Below, piece by piece: positions 52,988 to 61,538 of a stretch of 64,000 bases of DNA. The notes under the pieces were generated by a model. It was given only the letters and a program-made list of their open reading frames with translations. It had not been told where the DNA came from and did no database searches. The first letter of the stretch is position 1. Each line of letters opens with the position of its first letter. This DNA comes from Promethearchaeota archaeon (lineage in GTDB: Archaea; Asgardarchaeota; Hermodarchaeia; Hermodarchaeales; Hermodarchaeaceae). The stretch lies in contig JBHLMG010000001.1 of assembly GCA_048938385.1 (NCBI GenBank), forward strand, positions 12,153-76,152. The letters run 5' to 3'. The position numbers and the translations under genes are program-made.

Positions 52988-53761
52988 ATGATTGAAGTAA
53001 TTTGGCTCCAAGAAATCAGCGACCTTCGTGCTCCAATAGCACTCGTTGGTATGCCAGGGATTGCCAGTGTAGGAAAACTTGCTATCGAAGTGTTAATTCG
53101 AAGCCTAAATGCTAAACCTTTGGTGCAAGTGCTCTCTGACGACTTTCCCCCGCATGTAATGATCGATGAACAAGGAATGATGAAAATACCTGAATGCCAA
53201 ATTTTCCTACATCGATCAAAAAACTTGAAACATGACATTCTCATGGTTTCAGGAGATTTCCAGCCCTCAACCTCTCAGGGAATATATGAATTTTCAAATC
53301 GTATAGCCGAGACTTTCCAGAAATTAAAAGTATCCAAAGTTGTAGCAACAGGGGCTTATGTTCCAGGAGAGTATCCTGAAACACCTAAGGTTTTTGTTTC
53401 TTCAACGGGCCCTGAATTCCAAGATTTCTTCACTGAGTTAGATTATGTTGTTCCAATGTCAGATGGAGTAATTAACGGCGCAAACGGGGTGATACCTGCT
53501 TGGGCTTATCTAAAATATGGAATTGAGGGAGTCTGTCTACTAGCCGAGACTATTCCATTATTAAGATTAGATCCACGCGCATCAAAGTTAATCGTTGAGG
53601 TTCTAAATAACCGGTTCAAGATACAGGCAGATGTTTCAGAGCTAGAACAAAAAATTGATGAAATGAAGGGAATTTTCGAACAGGTTAGAGATCATCTACT
53701 TCAACAGAGAGTACAACAAGAACCTCGGGATGAATCGGAAAGCGCCAGTTACATAGGATAG
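52988..53761 (+). CDS. PAC2-family protein (proteasome assembly chaperone-like)
   Basis: ORF track, 257 aa. APIALVGMPGIASVGKLAIEVLI is the N-terminal PAC2 motif. Acidic coiled C-terminus. Confidence 0.75.
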   Translation: MIEVIWLQEISDLRAPIALVGMPGIASVGKLAIEVLIRSLNAKPLVQVLSDDFPPHVMIDEQGMMKIPECQIFLHRSKNLKHDILMVSGDFQPSTSQGIYEFSNRIAETFQKLKVSKVVATGAYVPGEYPETPKVFVSSTGPEFQDFFTELDYVVPMSDGVINGANGVIPAWAYLKYGIEGVCLLAETIPLLRLDPRASKLIVEVLNNRFKIQADVSELEQKIDEMKGIFEQVRDHLLQQRVQQEPRDESESASYIG

Positions 53762-53792
53762 CTCCAACCACCTTGTGTTTTGAGGGTAGTTT

Positions 53793-54398
53793 ATGGTCTT
53801 GCAATCTAAGCCCGCAAAAATACTACTCGCAGTAGTAGGAATTACAATTATACTGATTATTATTGATCTCTTACTCTTTCAATGGGAAAACACAACGGCA
53901 CTCCTTCAGGGAATTCTAACCGCGTTTTCAGTCAACCCAATGTTGAGTTATGGTGTAGTCATTTTTGTGGGTGGGCTCGGATTTGTTATCGCTAGTTCTC
54001 TTTTCTATCGTCGAAGACGCTTTAAGAGTAGTCTACGACATGAATTAGCTGAAGCCGAACGAATTACACTTCTTGATTTAGCTCAACAATTAGAAGTAAC
54101 GCCAGCGAGAATTGAAGTTGAACTGAATCGCATGGCAAGTTCAAAAGTGACGAAGTTTCCTGGGTTATTTATGATTTCACAAGGAAAACATGTCTACCTC
54201 GGTCAAAAACTACTAGATCGAATTGTTGATTCTTACAACGATGGTGAATCACGAGGTGATATCGCAAGCGCAAACCAGATCAGTCGCGTTGAATTAGACA
54301 AAGCGATTGCTCAACTCGTTGATTCTGGGCTAATAGAAGAGCGGGAAGAAAAAATCACAAGGAAAGTTCGTCCAAGTTATCGTCGCGGAAGTAGGTGA
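53793..54398 (+). CDS. membrane-anchored protein with cytoplasmic winged-helix-like repeats
   Basis: ORF track, 201 aa. Two N-terminal TM helices, then ITLLDLAQQLEVTPARIEVELNRM and ISRVELDKAIAQLVDSGLI. Confidence 0.5.
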   Translation: MVLQSKPAKILLAVVGITIILIIIDLLLFQWENTTALLQGILTAFSVNPMLSYGVVIFVGGLGFVIASSLFYRRRRFKSSLRHELAEAERITLLDLAQQLEVTPARIEVELNRMASSKVTKFPGLFMISQGKHVYLGQKLLDRIVDSYNDGESRGDIASANQISRVELDKAIAQLVDSGLIEEREEKITRKVRPSYRRGSR

Positions 54399-54423
54399 AT
54401 AAGCCGTCCCAGAAGGTGGCAGT

Positions 54424-55257
54424 ATGGGTAAATGGGATTCTGCTAGTCGGCCCCAAACCAAGGAGAAGATACAGTACCATATCGGATTACAACCTGGTGA
54501 CATCGCGTCTACAGTTTTGTTACCTGGTGATCCAGCTCGTGCGAAGCTGATTTCTGAGTTATGGCATTCAGCTACGCATATGGCGAGTAAGCGGGGGTAT
54601 ATTACCTACACGGGACTATACGAAAAAATACCCATTTCAACCACTTCCACCGGAATCGGATGCCCCGCTGCTGCAATAGCAATTGAAGAACTCGCTTCAA
54701 TTGGGGCGAAAACCTTCATTCGCGTTGGTAGTTCTGGTGCACTCCTAAAAGAAATTAGGTGTGGAGACCTAGTAATTTCTACAGGTGCTGTTCGTTACGA
54801 TGGAACAAGCCATCAATATGTTACCCAACGATATCCTGCTATTGCGCACTACCAAGTGGTGCTAGCTCTGATTGAAGCCGCTGAAAATTTGGGATATCGC
54901 TATCATGTCGGTGTAACATGTAGCACTGATAGTTTTTACACTGGGCAAGGCCGTCCTGGTTATAACGGTTTTAAGCAATCCTTCATGGACACCATTATCC
55001 CTGATTTACAAGCTGCTCAGGTTTTGAACTTTGAAATGGAATGTGCTACCATTTTCACTCTCTCATCCTTGTTCGGGTTACGAAGCGGAGCGGTATGTGC
55101 AGTATTCGCTAATCGTGTAACAAACGAATTTTCTACCCTAGGTGAAAAAGAAGCCAGCAAAACGGCCTGCGAAGCCGCAAAGATTCTTGCTGAATGGGAC
55201 GAACAGAAAAAAACAGCTAAAAAGCACTACTGGTCTCCAGGTCTAGCTTTAAAATAA
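54424..55257 (+). CDS. nucleoside phosphorylase, PNP/UDP family (uridine phosphorylase-like)
   Basis: ORF track, 277 aa. LLPGDPARAKLI, STGIGCPAAAIAIEEL, FIRVGSSGAL, FEMECATIF. Confidence 0.8.
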   Translation: MGKWDSASRPQTKEKIQYHIGLQPGDIASTVLLPGDPARAKLISELWHSATHMASKRGYITYTGLYEKIPISTTSTGIGCPAAAIAIEELASIGAKTFIRVGSSGALLKEIRCGDLVISTGAVRYDGTSHQYVTQRYPAIAHYQVVLALIEAAENLGYRYHVGVTCSTDSFYTGQGRPGYNGFKQSFMDTIIPDLQAAQVLNFEMECATIFTLSSLFGLRSGAVCAVFANRVTNEFSTLGEKEASKTACEAAKILAEWDEQKKTAKKHYWSPGLALK

Positions 55258-55259
55258 AA

Positions 55260-55418
55260 TGGTAGCCCGGCGCGGATTCGAACCGCGGTCCCGGGGTGAC
55301 TTCGCTGTTTAACAGTGAACAGCACCAAAGCCCCGGATGAATAGTCACGAGTTCCTATGTGGGTAACCCGTTTGACCACTTCATTACCTCAGTAGCGAGG
55401 CAACTACACTACCGGGCT
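55260..55418 (-). tRNA. tRNA-Gln(TTG) with three introns, CCA encoded
   Basis: Hand fold. A1:T72 acceptor AGCCCGG/CCGGGCT. GTGTAG[25 nt, ~55379-55403]TGGTCAA[31 nt, ~55341-55371]TCATC. Anticodon arm CGGGG-CTTTGG[27 nt at 37/38, 55298-55324]A-CCCCG. T arm CGCGG-TTCGAAT-CCGCG. 159 nt in the gene, 76 nt mature. Confidence 0.78.
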
Positions 55419-55474
55419 ACGCGATATCTGACTCGAACTTTTTTCGTTAGTACTTCTTGAGTCTTTCGGCGTGT

Positions 55475-57208
55475 TTATTTTGATAAATCTTCACGTAAGC
55501 TAAGAAGGATGCGATCCATTCTAGATACAGCCCTGTCTCGCCGTTTTTCGATGTCTTTACTTAGCTTCTGATATGCCGCAGCGGTGATCCGTTTTTGGCG
55601 ATATCTTTGTTCGAGGGCGTGGAGGGCTTCAATTGCACTAACACGCTCCGCCTCGAGAATTTCGAGTTGTCGACAATTAGATTCGTACTTTCCTCCCGCA
55701 TCAATTAGGGCTTGTGTTCGTGTAGATAGCTCAGTGTTAAGCGTACGAAGCTTGCGTTCGAAATTCTTCTTCTCCTTACGATAACGAGGCTTCGAGATTT
55801 TTCCTTGAAGCATAGACTGTTCGAGGCGTTCAGTTTGTAAGAGTATAGCAATTTTTTCGCCGTATAATGAACAAAATTCTCCCAATACTGCCGTATCAAT
55901 TTCAGCAAGAGGGCTAATAATGTCCTCTTCTTCTCGGAAAATTGGAGTCCGTCGAAAAGCAGCATAAGCTAGACACATTATTCCAATGACGAGAAAGAGG
56001 AGGGTTGGCCTCGCAAGAACTGGCTGGATTGGGTATACATAATAGAAGGCGATTTCAGCTTGGTGTAAAGATGTAACATTCGAATTATGAAAACGAACTA
56101 GATACTGTCCAGTTGGTGAGATAGTTACTTGGGAATCGGTGGGAATTCCTTGAAGCCAACTGCCAATTGGAAGATGGAATTCGGTAACCTGATTTTGAAT
56201 AAACCACGGATCTCCAGAAAATAGATTGAAATGGAAAAATAAACCAGTCTGTAAAACTTGTTGGTGATAATCCAGCGGAATTCGGTACTCGACAAAAAAC
56301 TGGTACACATCGCCTTCTTGAAGATGGTATTGCAGTCCGACTCTAAGCGTTCCTGGATGGGTTGCATTAGTGGGGGTTGCAATCTGGCTGGTGAGATTAG
56401 ACACGCTATCAAAGACCCTTAGAAATTCACTCCCTGGGGGAAGGGTTACTGAGATATCTGTCCACCGGCGATTGGGAGTTGAGGAGAAAAGAGGATTAGG
56501 ACTATCAACCCGAAATGTATGGACTTCATGAGCGAAGATATAGCCCCACCCATCTAGAGATAAAACGCGCTTCAATTCTAAATAAGTGATTACGGGTAAA
56601 AAGGAACTACTGGCATGATTAAGAATTACGGTCCGTTCCTCAAAGTAATAGGGGTGAATGTTGGTCCCTGTCCATAAATCCTGTGTAGGCGAAGTAACAG
56701 CACGATGGTGAGTAAAGGTAGTCGAGAAGCTTTTGATGAAATATGGACTAGTTGGGAAGGGAGAGAAGGTCACACTGGCAGTGAGTGTATCTTGGACTGT
56801 TAATCCTGCCAAAGCCATCGATGCAACGAAAGAAACATTATGGTCGGGCATTAAAGGTTCTGGTAGAAAGATTCGCCAACCAGTACAATTTGGACCAATT
56901 AACGGTACTCTCTGAAAGAATAGGCTATTCTCATCTACGGTTTCAACATGGAATTCTTTGACGCTCTCTATCGCAGAAAGGGGATAAGCTACCAACAGAT
57001 GGAAAGCTGGGCTTGTAGTAGGATTGAACACTGTAATTGTATCTGTGATAATGAGCATTCCATACTGCTGAAGATCTGCATTGCGTTGAAAATCTGTGAT
57101 TACCAGTTGTGATTGATCCGCAGATGCCGTTGGAACAACTGCATAAATCACTGGTAAACAGATCAACATGAGTAAGAGTAGGACCCGAGCCTTCACGAAG
57201 ACACACAC
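55475..57208 (-). CDS. ribophorin I (OST1)-like membrane protein
   Basis: ORF track, 577 aa. Signal peptide, ~400-aa lumenal/extracellular domain, a single TM (LLFLVIGIMCLAYAAF) and a ~170-aa coiled cytoplasmic tail. Blocks line up with ribophorin I as I remember it: LVITDFQRNADL...ITVFNP, FSPFPTSPYF, LSLDGWGYIFAHE (compare SHWGN), LFSGDPW (compare LFGGW). Confidence 0.55.
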   Translation of the reverse strand: MCVFVKARVLLLLMLICLPVIYAVVPTASADQSQLVITDFQRNADLQQYGMLIITDTITVFNPTTSPAFHLLVAYPLSAIESVKEFHVETVDENSLFFQRVPLIGPNCTGWRIFLPEPLMPDHNVSFVASMALAGLTVQDTLTASVTFSPFPTSPYFIKSFSTTFTHHRAVTSPTQDLWTGTNIHPYYFEERTVILNHASSSFLPVITYLELKRVLSLDGWGYIFAHEVHTFRVDSPNPLFSSTPNRRWTDISVTLPPGSEFLRVFDSVSNLTSQIATPTNATHPGTLRVGLQYHLQEGDVYQFFVEYRIPLDYHQQVLQTGLFFHFNLFSGDPWFIQNQVTEFHLPIGSWLQGIPTDSQVTISPTGQYLVRFHNSNVTSLHQAEIAFYYVYPIQPVLARPTLLFLVIGIMCLAYAAFRRTPIFREEEDIISPLAEIDTAVLGEFCSLYGEKIAILLQTERLEQSMLQGKISKPRYRKEKKNFERKLRTLNTELSTRTQALIDAGGKYESNCRQLEILEAERVSAIEALHALEQRYRQKRITAAAYQKLSKDIEKRRDRAVSRMDRILLSLREDLSK

Positions 57209-57348
57209 CGTTTCCGGGTTTCGTGATGTCGATTCTTTTCGCGTATTTAAGCGTTCTCTTAATTACAATACACGAAGCAATAATCTTCAACCCCAGCTCT
57301 CTCATGCTTAAAGAGTAAATAAATAATCTAAGGCATGCACTGTTATTG

Positions 57349-58122
57349 CTACTCTAATGGGATTTTCCAAGAATCCGGCACCGTTGCGTATACCTGAGCG
57401 GGCACACCATAGACAATAGTTTTTGGAGGTACATCCTTTGTAACGACGGCTCCTGCCCCCACAACGGATTCAGCTCCAATTTCTACAGATGGTAGGATCA
57501 CTGCACCTGCACCAATGCTGGCTCCCTTTCGAATAATGGGACCATGTAATTCATATGGCGCCCTCATGGCGTATTTGTCATTGGTTAAAATGCAATGAGG
57601 CCCTAGGAAGACATTATCCTCAATGTGCGTACGCCAAGGGATGTATACGTTTGTTTGGATTGATACCTTTGATCCAATCACCGAGTTTCCATCAATAGTA
57701 GCACTTGTTCCTATCATCGAGTCATTTCCGATTTTAACCTGCTCGCGTATCAATACATTATGACCAATACGAACATTATCTCCCAGTACTATACCGGCGT
57801 ATAATACCGATCCTGGTCGGACAATGCACTGGTTACCGATTTCAGTCTTTTCCGTATTCTGCCAAGGAACATCAATCTCCCCGCTTTGAAACTGAAAAAT
57901 CTGCTGTTGATTAGGAAAACCCACAATCACTCTTTCACCAATAAAGACCTGATTCCCTATCTTCGCTGGTCCCTGAATTTTACAACTAGCACCAAAAAAA
58001 CAACGAGTCCCCGTTTGCACCCTACCGCGCAACACGGCAAAGGCTTCAACAACACATCCTTCACCGAGACGAACTTCATCTTCAATTACAGAATTCTGTT
58101 GACTCTCTGATTCCCCCACCAA
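57349..58122 (-). CDS. left-handed beta-helix (hexapeptide repeat) acetyltransferase
   Basis: ORF track, 257 aa. Long run of hexapeptide repeats (IGNQVFIGERVIVG, IGHNVLIREQVKIGNDSMIG, IGAGAVILPSVEIGAESVVGAGAVV). The start abuts the stop of the upstream oxidoreductase gene. Confidence 0.8.
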   Translation of the reverse strand: MVGESESQQNSVIEDEVRLGEGCVVEAFAVLRGRVQTGTRCFFGASCKIQGPAKIGNQVFIGERVIVGFPNQQQIFQFQSGEIDVPWQNTEKTEIGNQCIVRPGSVLYAGIVLGDNVRIGHNVLIREQVKIGNDSMIGTSATIDGNSVIGSKVSIQTNVYIPWRTHIEDNVFLGPHCILTNDKYAMRAPYELHGPIIRKGASIGAGAVILPSVEIGAESVVGAGAVVTKDVPPKTIVYGVPAQVYATVPDSWKIPLE

Positions 58123-59130
58123 CTAGAACTCCTCCTCTAAGTAAATTATTTTTTTACTTTGCGCGCTGACTAACGCTGCTTCTGCGATTTTTAATGCCTC
58201 TAACCCATCACGACCTGAAGTGAGGGGTTCTTGTTGCTGGGCAACGCTCTGAATGAAATGAGTAAGCTCATGTTTAAGGGGTTCATCCCATGAAGCCGTG
58301 GACTTTTGTATCCATTGATTTGTGCCCAGGGAAACCTCTTGGGATATATAATCCAAGGACAAAACCCCTCGGGATCCTGTGATGTTCAAGCCTCTGAGTT
58401 TGTGCGGGGTCAACCAATTGCACTCTATGAAAAATGTAGGCTTGTCATCAAAACGGATGACCAGGTTTGCATGGTCTTCATACTTATGATAAAGGCTCCC
58501 TGCTATGGCATATACTGAAGTCGCTTCCTGTTTTACCATGTATCTTGCAATATCAATATCATGGATTGCTAAATCCTTGATGATGCCAATGTCTGCTACC
58601 CGCTCTGGTACGAAGGGTCCCAGTCTGCGTGCAGAACCCAACACCAGTTCTCCAATATTTCCCTCATCAATGACCTCTACAGCCGTTTGCACAGATGGAT
58701 TGAAGCGTTCCACAAAACCCACCATAAGAATGCTCTTAGCGGATTTCGCAGCGTCAATGATACGATGGGCTTGTTGAACCGTATCCGTCATCGGTTTTTC
58801 AACGAGTATGTGTTTACCGGCTTCGATGGCTTGTAACGCAATATCTGCATGAGTGACAGTAGGTGTACAAATTGTAATGGCATCGACATCTTCGAGACGC
58901 AACAAATCGTCGACATCTGAAAAGTGCTGTGTGTTAAACCTTTTTGCAAGGGTCCTTGCTCGGTCGTTGTCACGATCAACTATAGCAATCAGGTTTGCTT
59001 TGTCTAATTCAGAGAAAACTCTAGCATGGTTTTTACCCCATGCTCCAACTCCGACAACACCTACCCCAACGGGCTTCAATGGATTCACCACGCCTACAGA
59101 ACCTGTTAGACCTTTAAAACTTACCGTCAT
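58123..59130 (-). CDS. Gfo/Idh/MocA-family NAD-dependent sugar oxidoreductase
   Basis: ORF track, 335 aa. Rossmann VGVGVVGVGAWGKNHARVF, EKP motif HILVEKPM. The pairing with an acetyltransferase resembles WbpB/WbpD-type nucleotide-sugar modification. Confidence 0.8.
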   Translation of the reverse strand: MTVSFKGLTGSVGVVNPLKPVGVGVVGVGAWGKNHARVFSELDKANLIAIVDRDNDRARTLAKRFNTQHFSDVDDLLRLEDVDAITICTPTVTHADIALQAIEAGKHILVEKPMTDTVQQAHRIIDAAKSAKSILMVGFVERFNPSVQTAVEVIDEGNIGELVLGSARRLGPFVPERVADIGIIKDLAIHDIDIARYMVKQEATSVYAIAGSLYHKYEDHANLVIRFDDKPTFFIECNWLTPHKLRGLNITGSRGVLSLDYISQEVSLGTNQWIQKSTASWDEPLKHELTHFIQSVAQQQEPLTSGRDGLEALKIAEAALVSAQSKKIIYLEEEF

Positions 59131-59185
59131 TTCGTTTAAACCAGTTTATTCGAAACGATAATTTAGGAGAATGCTCAAACACTGA

Positions 59186-60007
59186 GTGATCACCATGAAT
59201 CTAAACGAACCCGCAGAAAAGCTCAGACAACTTGGTCTCACTGAGTACGAGAGTCAGGCGTACTTAGTACTTGTCGAAGGGTCGCAAATGAGTGCTGAGA
59301 AAATCGCGCGAAAAGCTAACATTCCAATACCGCGGGTATATGGTGTTCTTGATAATCTAAGGGATCTAGGGTTAATAGTGATAATTGAGGGTAGACCAAA
59401 GAAATTTGAAATCATCAGTCCTGAGGAAGGGTTGCAGAATCTCCTCAAAATTCGTAAGAAATCTGCTGAAGAAGCGTTAAATCAGCTAGAAGCTACAAGC
59501 GTGGAAGTAAAAGAGGTTCTTTCACCCATTTTCTGGCGTGAGCGGTTACGAATACGACCAGAAGACCTCCTTGAGCCTTTGGAGAATTTAGCGTTGACTG
59601 AGAAACAAACGAAACTTTTGATTAACGAAGCGAAAACCTCTATTGATATCTTTACGGACATTTTCAATTGGTTCGATGCTGTCGAAGCTAATCTCGTCAA
59701 GGCAAAAAAACGCGGCGTCAAAATTCGCATCCTCATGAACATGGAACATGCTGAAACCAGATCTACGGTCGAAAAACTTCAACCGATGGGTATCAGTGTC
59801 CGACAGCCTACAGATCTACGATTTCCTGTCCGTGGAACCCTCATCGATGGATCTAAAGTAATTTTTCTGATTTGGGCCTCACCGAATACAAAAAGAGATC
59901 ATCCACGCTATGTCTACCGACCAAGCTATTCAGCCAACGAAGGCATTGTAGCGATATTCAAACAAAGCTTTGAATATAGGTGGCAAAAGGCACGAACTAA
60001 GTCCTAG
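59186..60007 (+). CDS. TrmB-family transcriptional regulator
   Basis: ORF track, 273 aa (GTG 59186; ATG 59195 is an alternative). LRQLGLTEYESQAYLVLVEGSQMSAEKIARKANIPIPRVYGVLDNLRDLGLI plus the C-terminal TrmB effector-type domain. Confidence 0.8.
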   Translation: MITMNLNEPAEKLRQLGLTEYESQAYLVLVEGSQMSAEKIARKANIPIPRVYGVLDNLRDLGLIVIIEGRPKKFEIISPEEGLQNLLKIRKKSAEEALNQLEATSVEVKEVLSPIFWRERLRIRPEDLLEPLENLALTEKQTKLLINEAKTSIDIFTDIFNWFDAVEANLVKAKKRGVKIRILMNMEHAETRSTVEKLQPMGISVRQPTDLRFPVRGTLIDGSKVIFLIWASPNTKRDHPRYVYRPSYSANEGIVAIFKQSFEYRWQKARTKS

Positions 60008-60015
60008 CTATTTGT

Positions 60016-61392
60016 CTAACTGGCATTAGCCATTTGGTATCGGAAATACAACCTTGTCGAATAATGCCAGAGTGTTAACCATCCAAAGACGAATAGAATA
60101 CCAGCGATCGGCCAAAGATCGCTCTGCACGATTACAATCAGGAAGTCCAATAACCAGAATCCTAGCATGCCAATACCCCAAACAACGATCATAATTGAAA
60201 TTAAACCAGCGAGTCGTATTCCAAGATGATCTACATTTCGAAGGGCTACAAATACTCCCAAGATGAGACAGATAGGTACAATGAGAATCCACACATTAGC
60301 TGGCCAGTTGAGTAAAAATCCAGTATCGAATGGAATCAGAAATAAGGTTAGGATGGCGAGTATGCTGCTTGCTAGAGTAAGGAGGGCTAACGAAAGAATT
60401 ATTCGTGGCTCGGACATCGGTCCACGTCCTAGTACCAAGCGAGTCAAAGTAAGGGGGGCATCCGCATCCCGAGAAGCCGCTAATTTTCCGTCGTCCTGAA
60501 AAATAGTTGGTCGACTTCGCATTTGTCGTCGTTCTAACAATCCACCAATACTTACCAAACTATAAAACGCATTCATAATTGCAGGAAGAAGTGCGACAAT
60601 CGCTAAAATTTCAACTCGCCCTAATATAGCGATAGCCCCAACTGCTGCCCCAATTGTCAATGATCCTGAATCTCCGGCAAAGGTTCGAGCAGGATACCGA
60701 TTATAATACAAGTACGCGAGAAGAGCACCAAGCATTACACCGGACAGTAATACCCCCAGCTCTGCTCCAGGAATTCCGACAAAGAGCATTAACAAAGACA
60801 CTACAAATATCGCTACGAACATGAAAATAGCAGTGAAAGGCATTACACCATTAAAAACATCAATCATGTTTATCGCGTTTGCAGGAACCGCAATTGCCAG
60901 CGGAATTAACAAGGGATAAATAATCGTTAATCGCGTTCTACCAAGAAAAGGTAAAAACGGACCAGAATTATATGCGGGGATGAGGGGGGGAACCAACCCA
61001 AACGCCATAACCGTCCAGCTATAGATGAGAATTGGCAAACAAGCAATCGCGGTTAAAAGCGGTTTCACTTTGGGTCCAAGGGTCTTTAGGTCATCAACAA
61101 TCCCGATCAAACCTGCTAAGAGGATTACAGACAAAAACACTAAAATTCGGAGGTCGAAAAAACCGCCCCCGATGATTCCAAGGCTGATAAAGAGAATAAT
61201 ACACCCAATAGTCAGCCCAAAGATTATCCCTACTCCGCCCATTTCAGCAACTTCGGGTTTATCCAGCTTGTGCACATCGATGCCTACAATATTACGGCTT
61301 CGCATTTTCTTGATCACAAATGGAAGAACAACGAAAGTGACAACGAGGGTTGAGAAAAATCCGATGATCGTTGAAAGAATGATGTGAATCAC
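60016..61392 (-). CDS. glycosyltransferase family 4 polyprenyl-phosphate HexNAc-1-phosphate transferase (AglH/ALG7/WecA-like)
   Basis: ORF track, 458 aa, polytopic. IVDDLKTLGPKVK, NAINMIDVFNGV, FAGDSGSL. About 110 extra C-terminal residues with more TM helices. Confidence 0.8.
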   Translation of the reverse strand: MIHIILSTIIGFFSTLVVTFVVLPFVIKKMRSRNIVGIDVHKLDKPEVAEMGGVGIIFGLTIGCIILFISLGIIGGGFFDLRILVFLSVILLAGLIGIVDDLKTLGPKVKPLLTAIACLPILIYSWTVMAFGLVPPLIPAYNSGPFLPFLGRTRLTIIYPLLIPLAIAVPANAINMIDVFNGVMPFTAIFMFVAIFVVSLLMLFVGIPGAELGVLLSGVMLGALLAYLYYNRYPARTFAGDSGSLTIGAAVGAIAILGRVEILAIVALLPAIMNAFYSLVSIGGLLERRQMRSRPTIFQDDGKLAASRDADAPLTLTRLVLGRGPMSEPRIILSLALLTLASSILAILTLFLIPFDTGFLLNWPANVWILIVPICLILGVFVALRNVDHLGIRLAGLISIMIVVWGIGMLGFWLLDFLIVIVQSDLWPIAGILFVFGWLTLWHYSTRLYFRYQMANAS

Positions 61393-61538
61393 AATACTGC
61401 AGCCTCATAAACTGCTGAAGGATTTAAAGCCAGTCAAAATCCATTGTACCTTATAAAGGCATTCCTCCAGTTGTATGTAGGGGGGAGAAGGTTAAATATT
61501 GAATATGAACTTGCTGTGTATCATTGGGAGGATACTGC

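Noticed and set aside
56943-57305. 120-aa minus-strand ORF overlapping the 5' end of the ribophorin-like gene.
   Set aside because: It overlaps the signal-peptide region of the longer ORF in another frame, is Cys/Ser-rich, and has no support.
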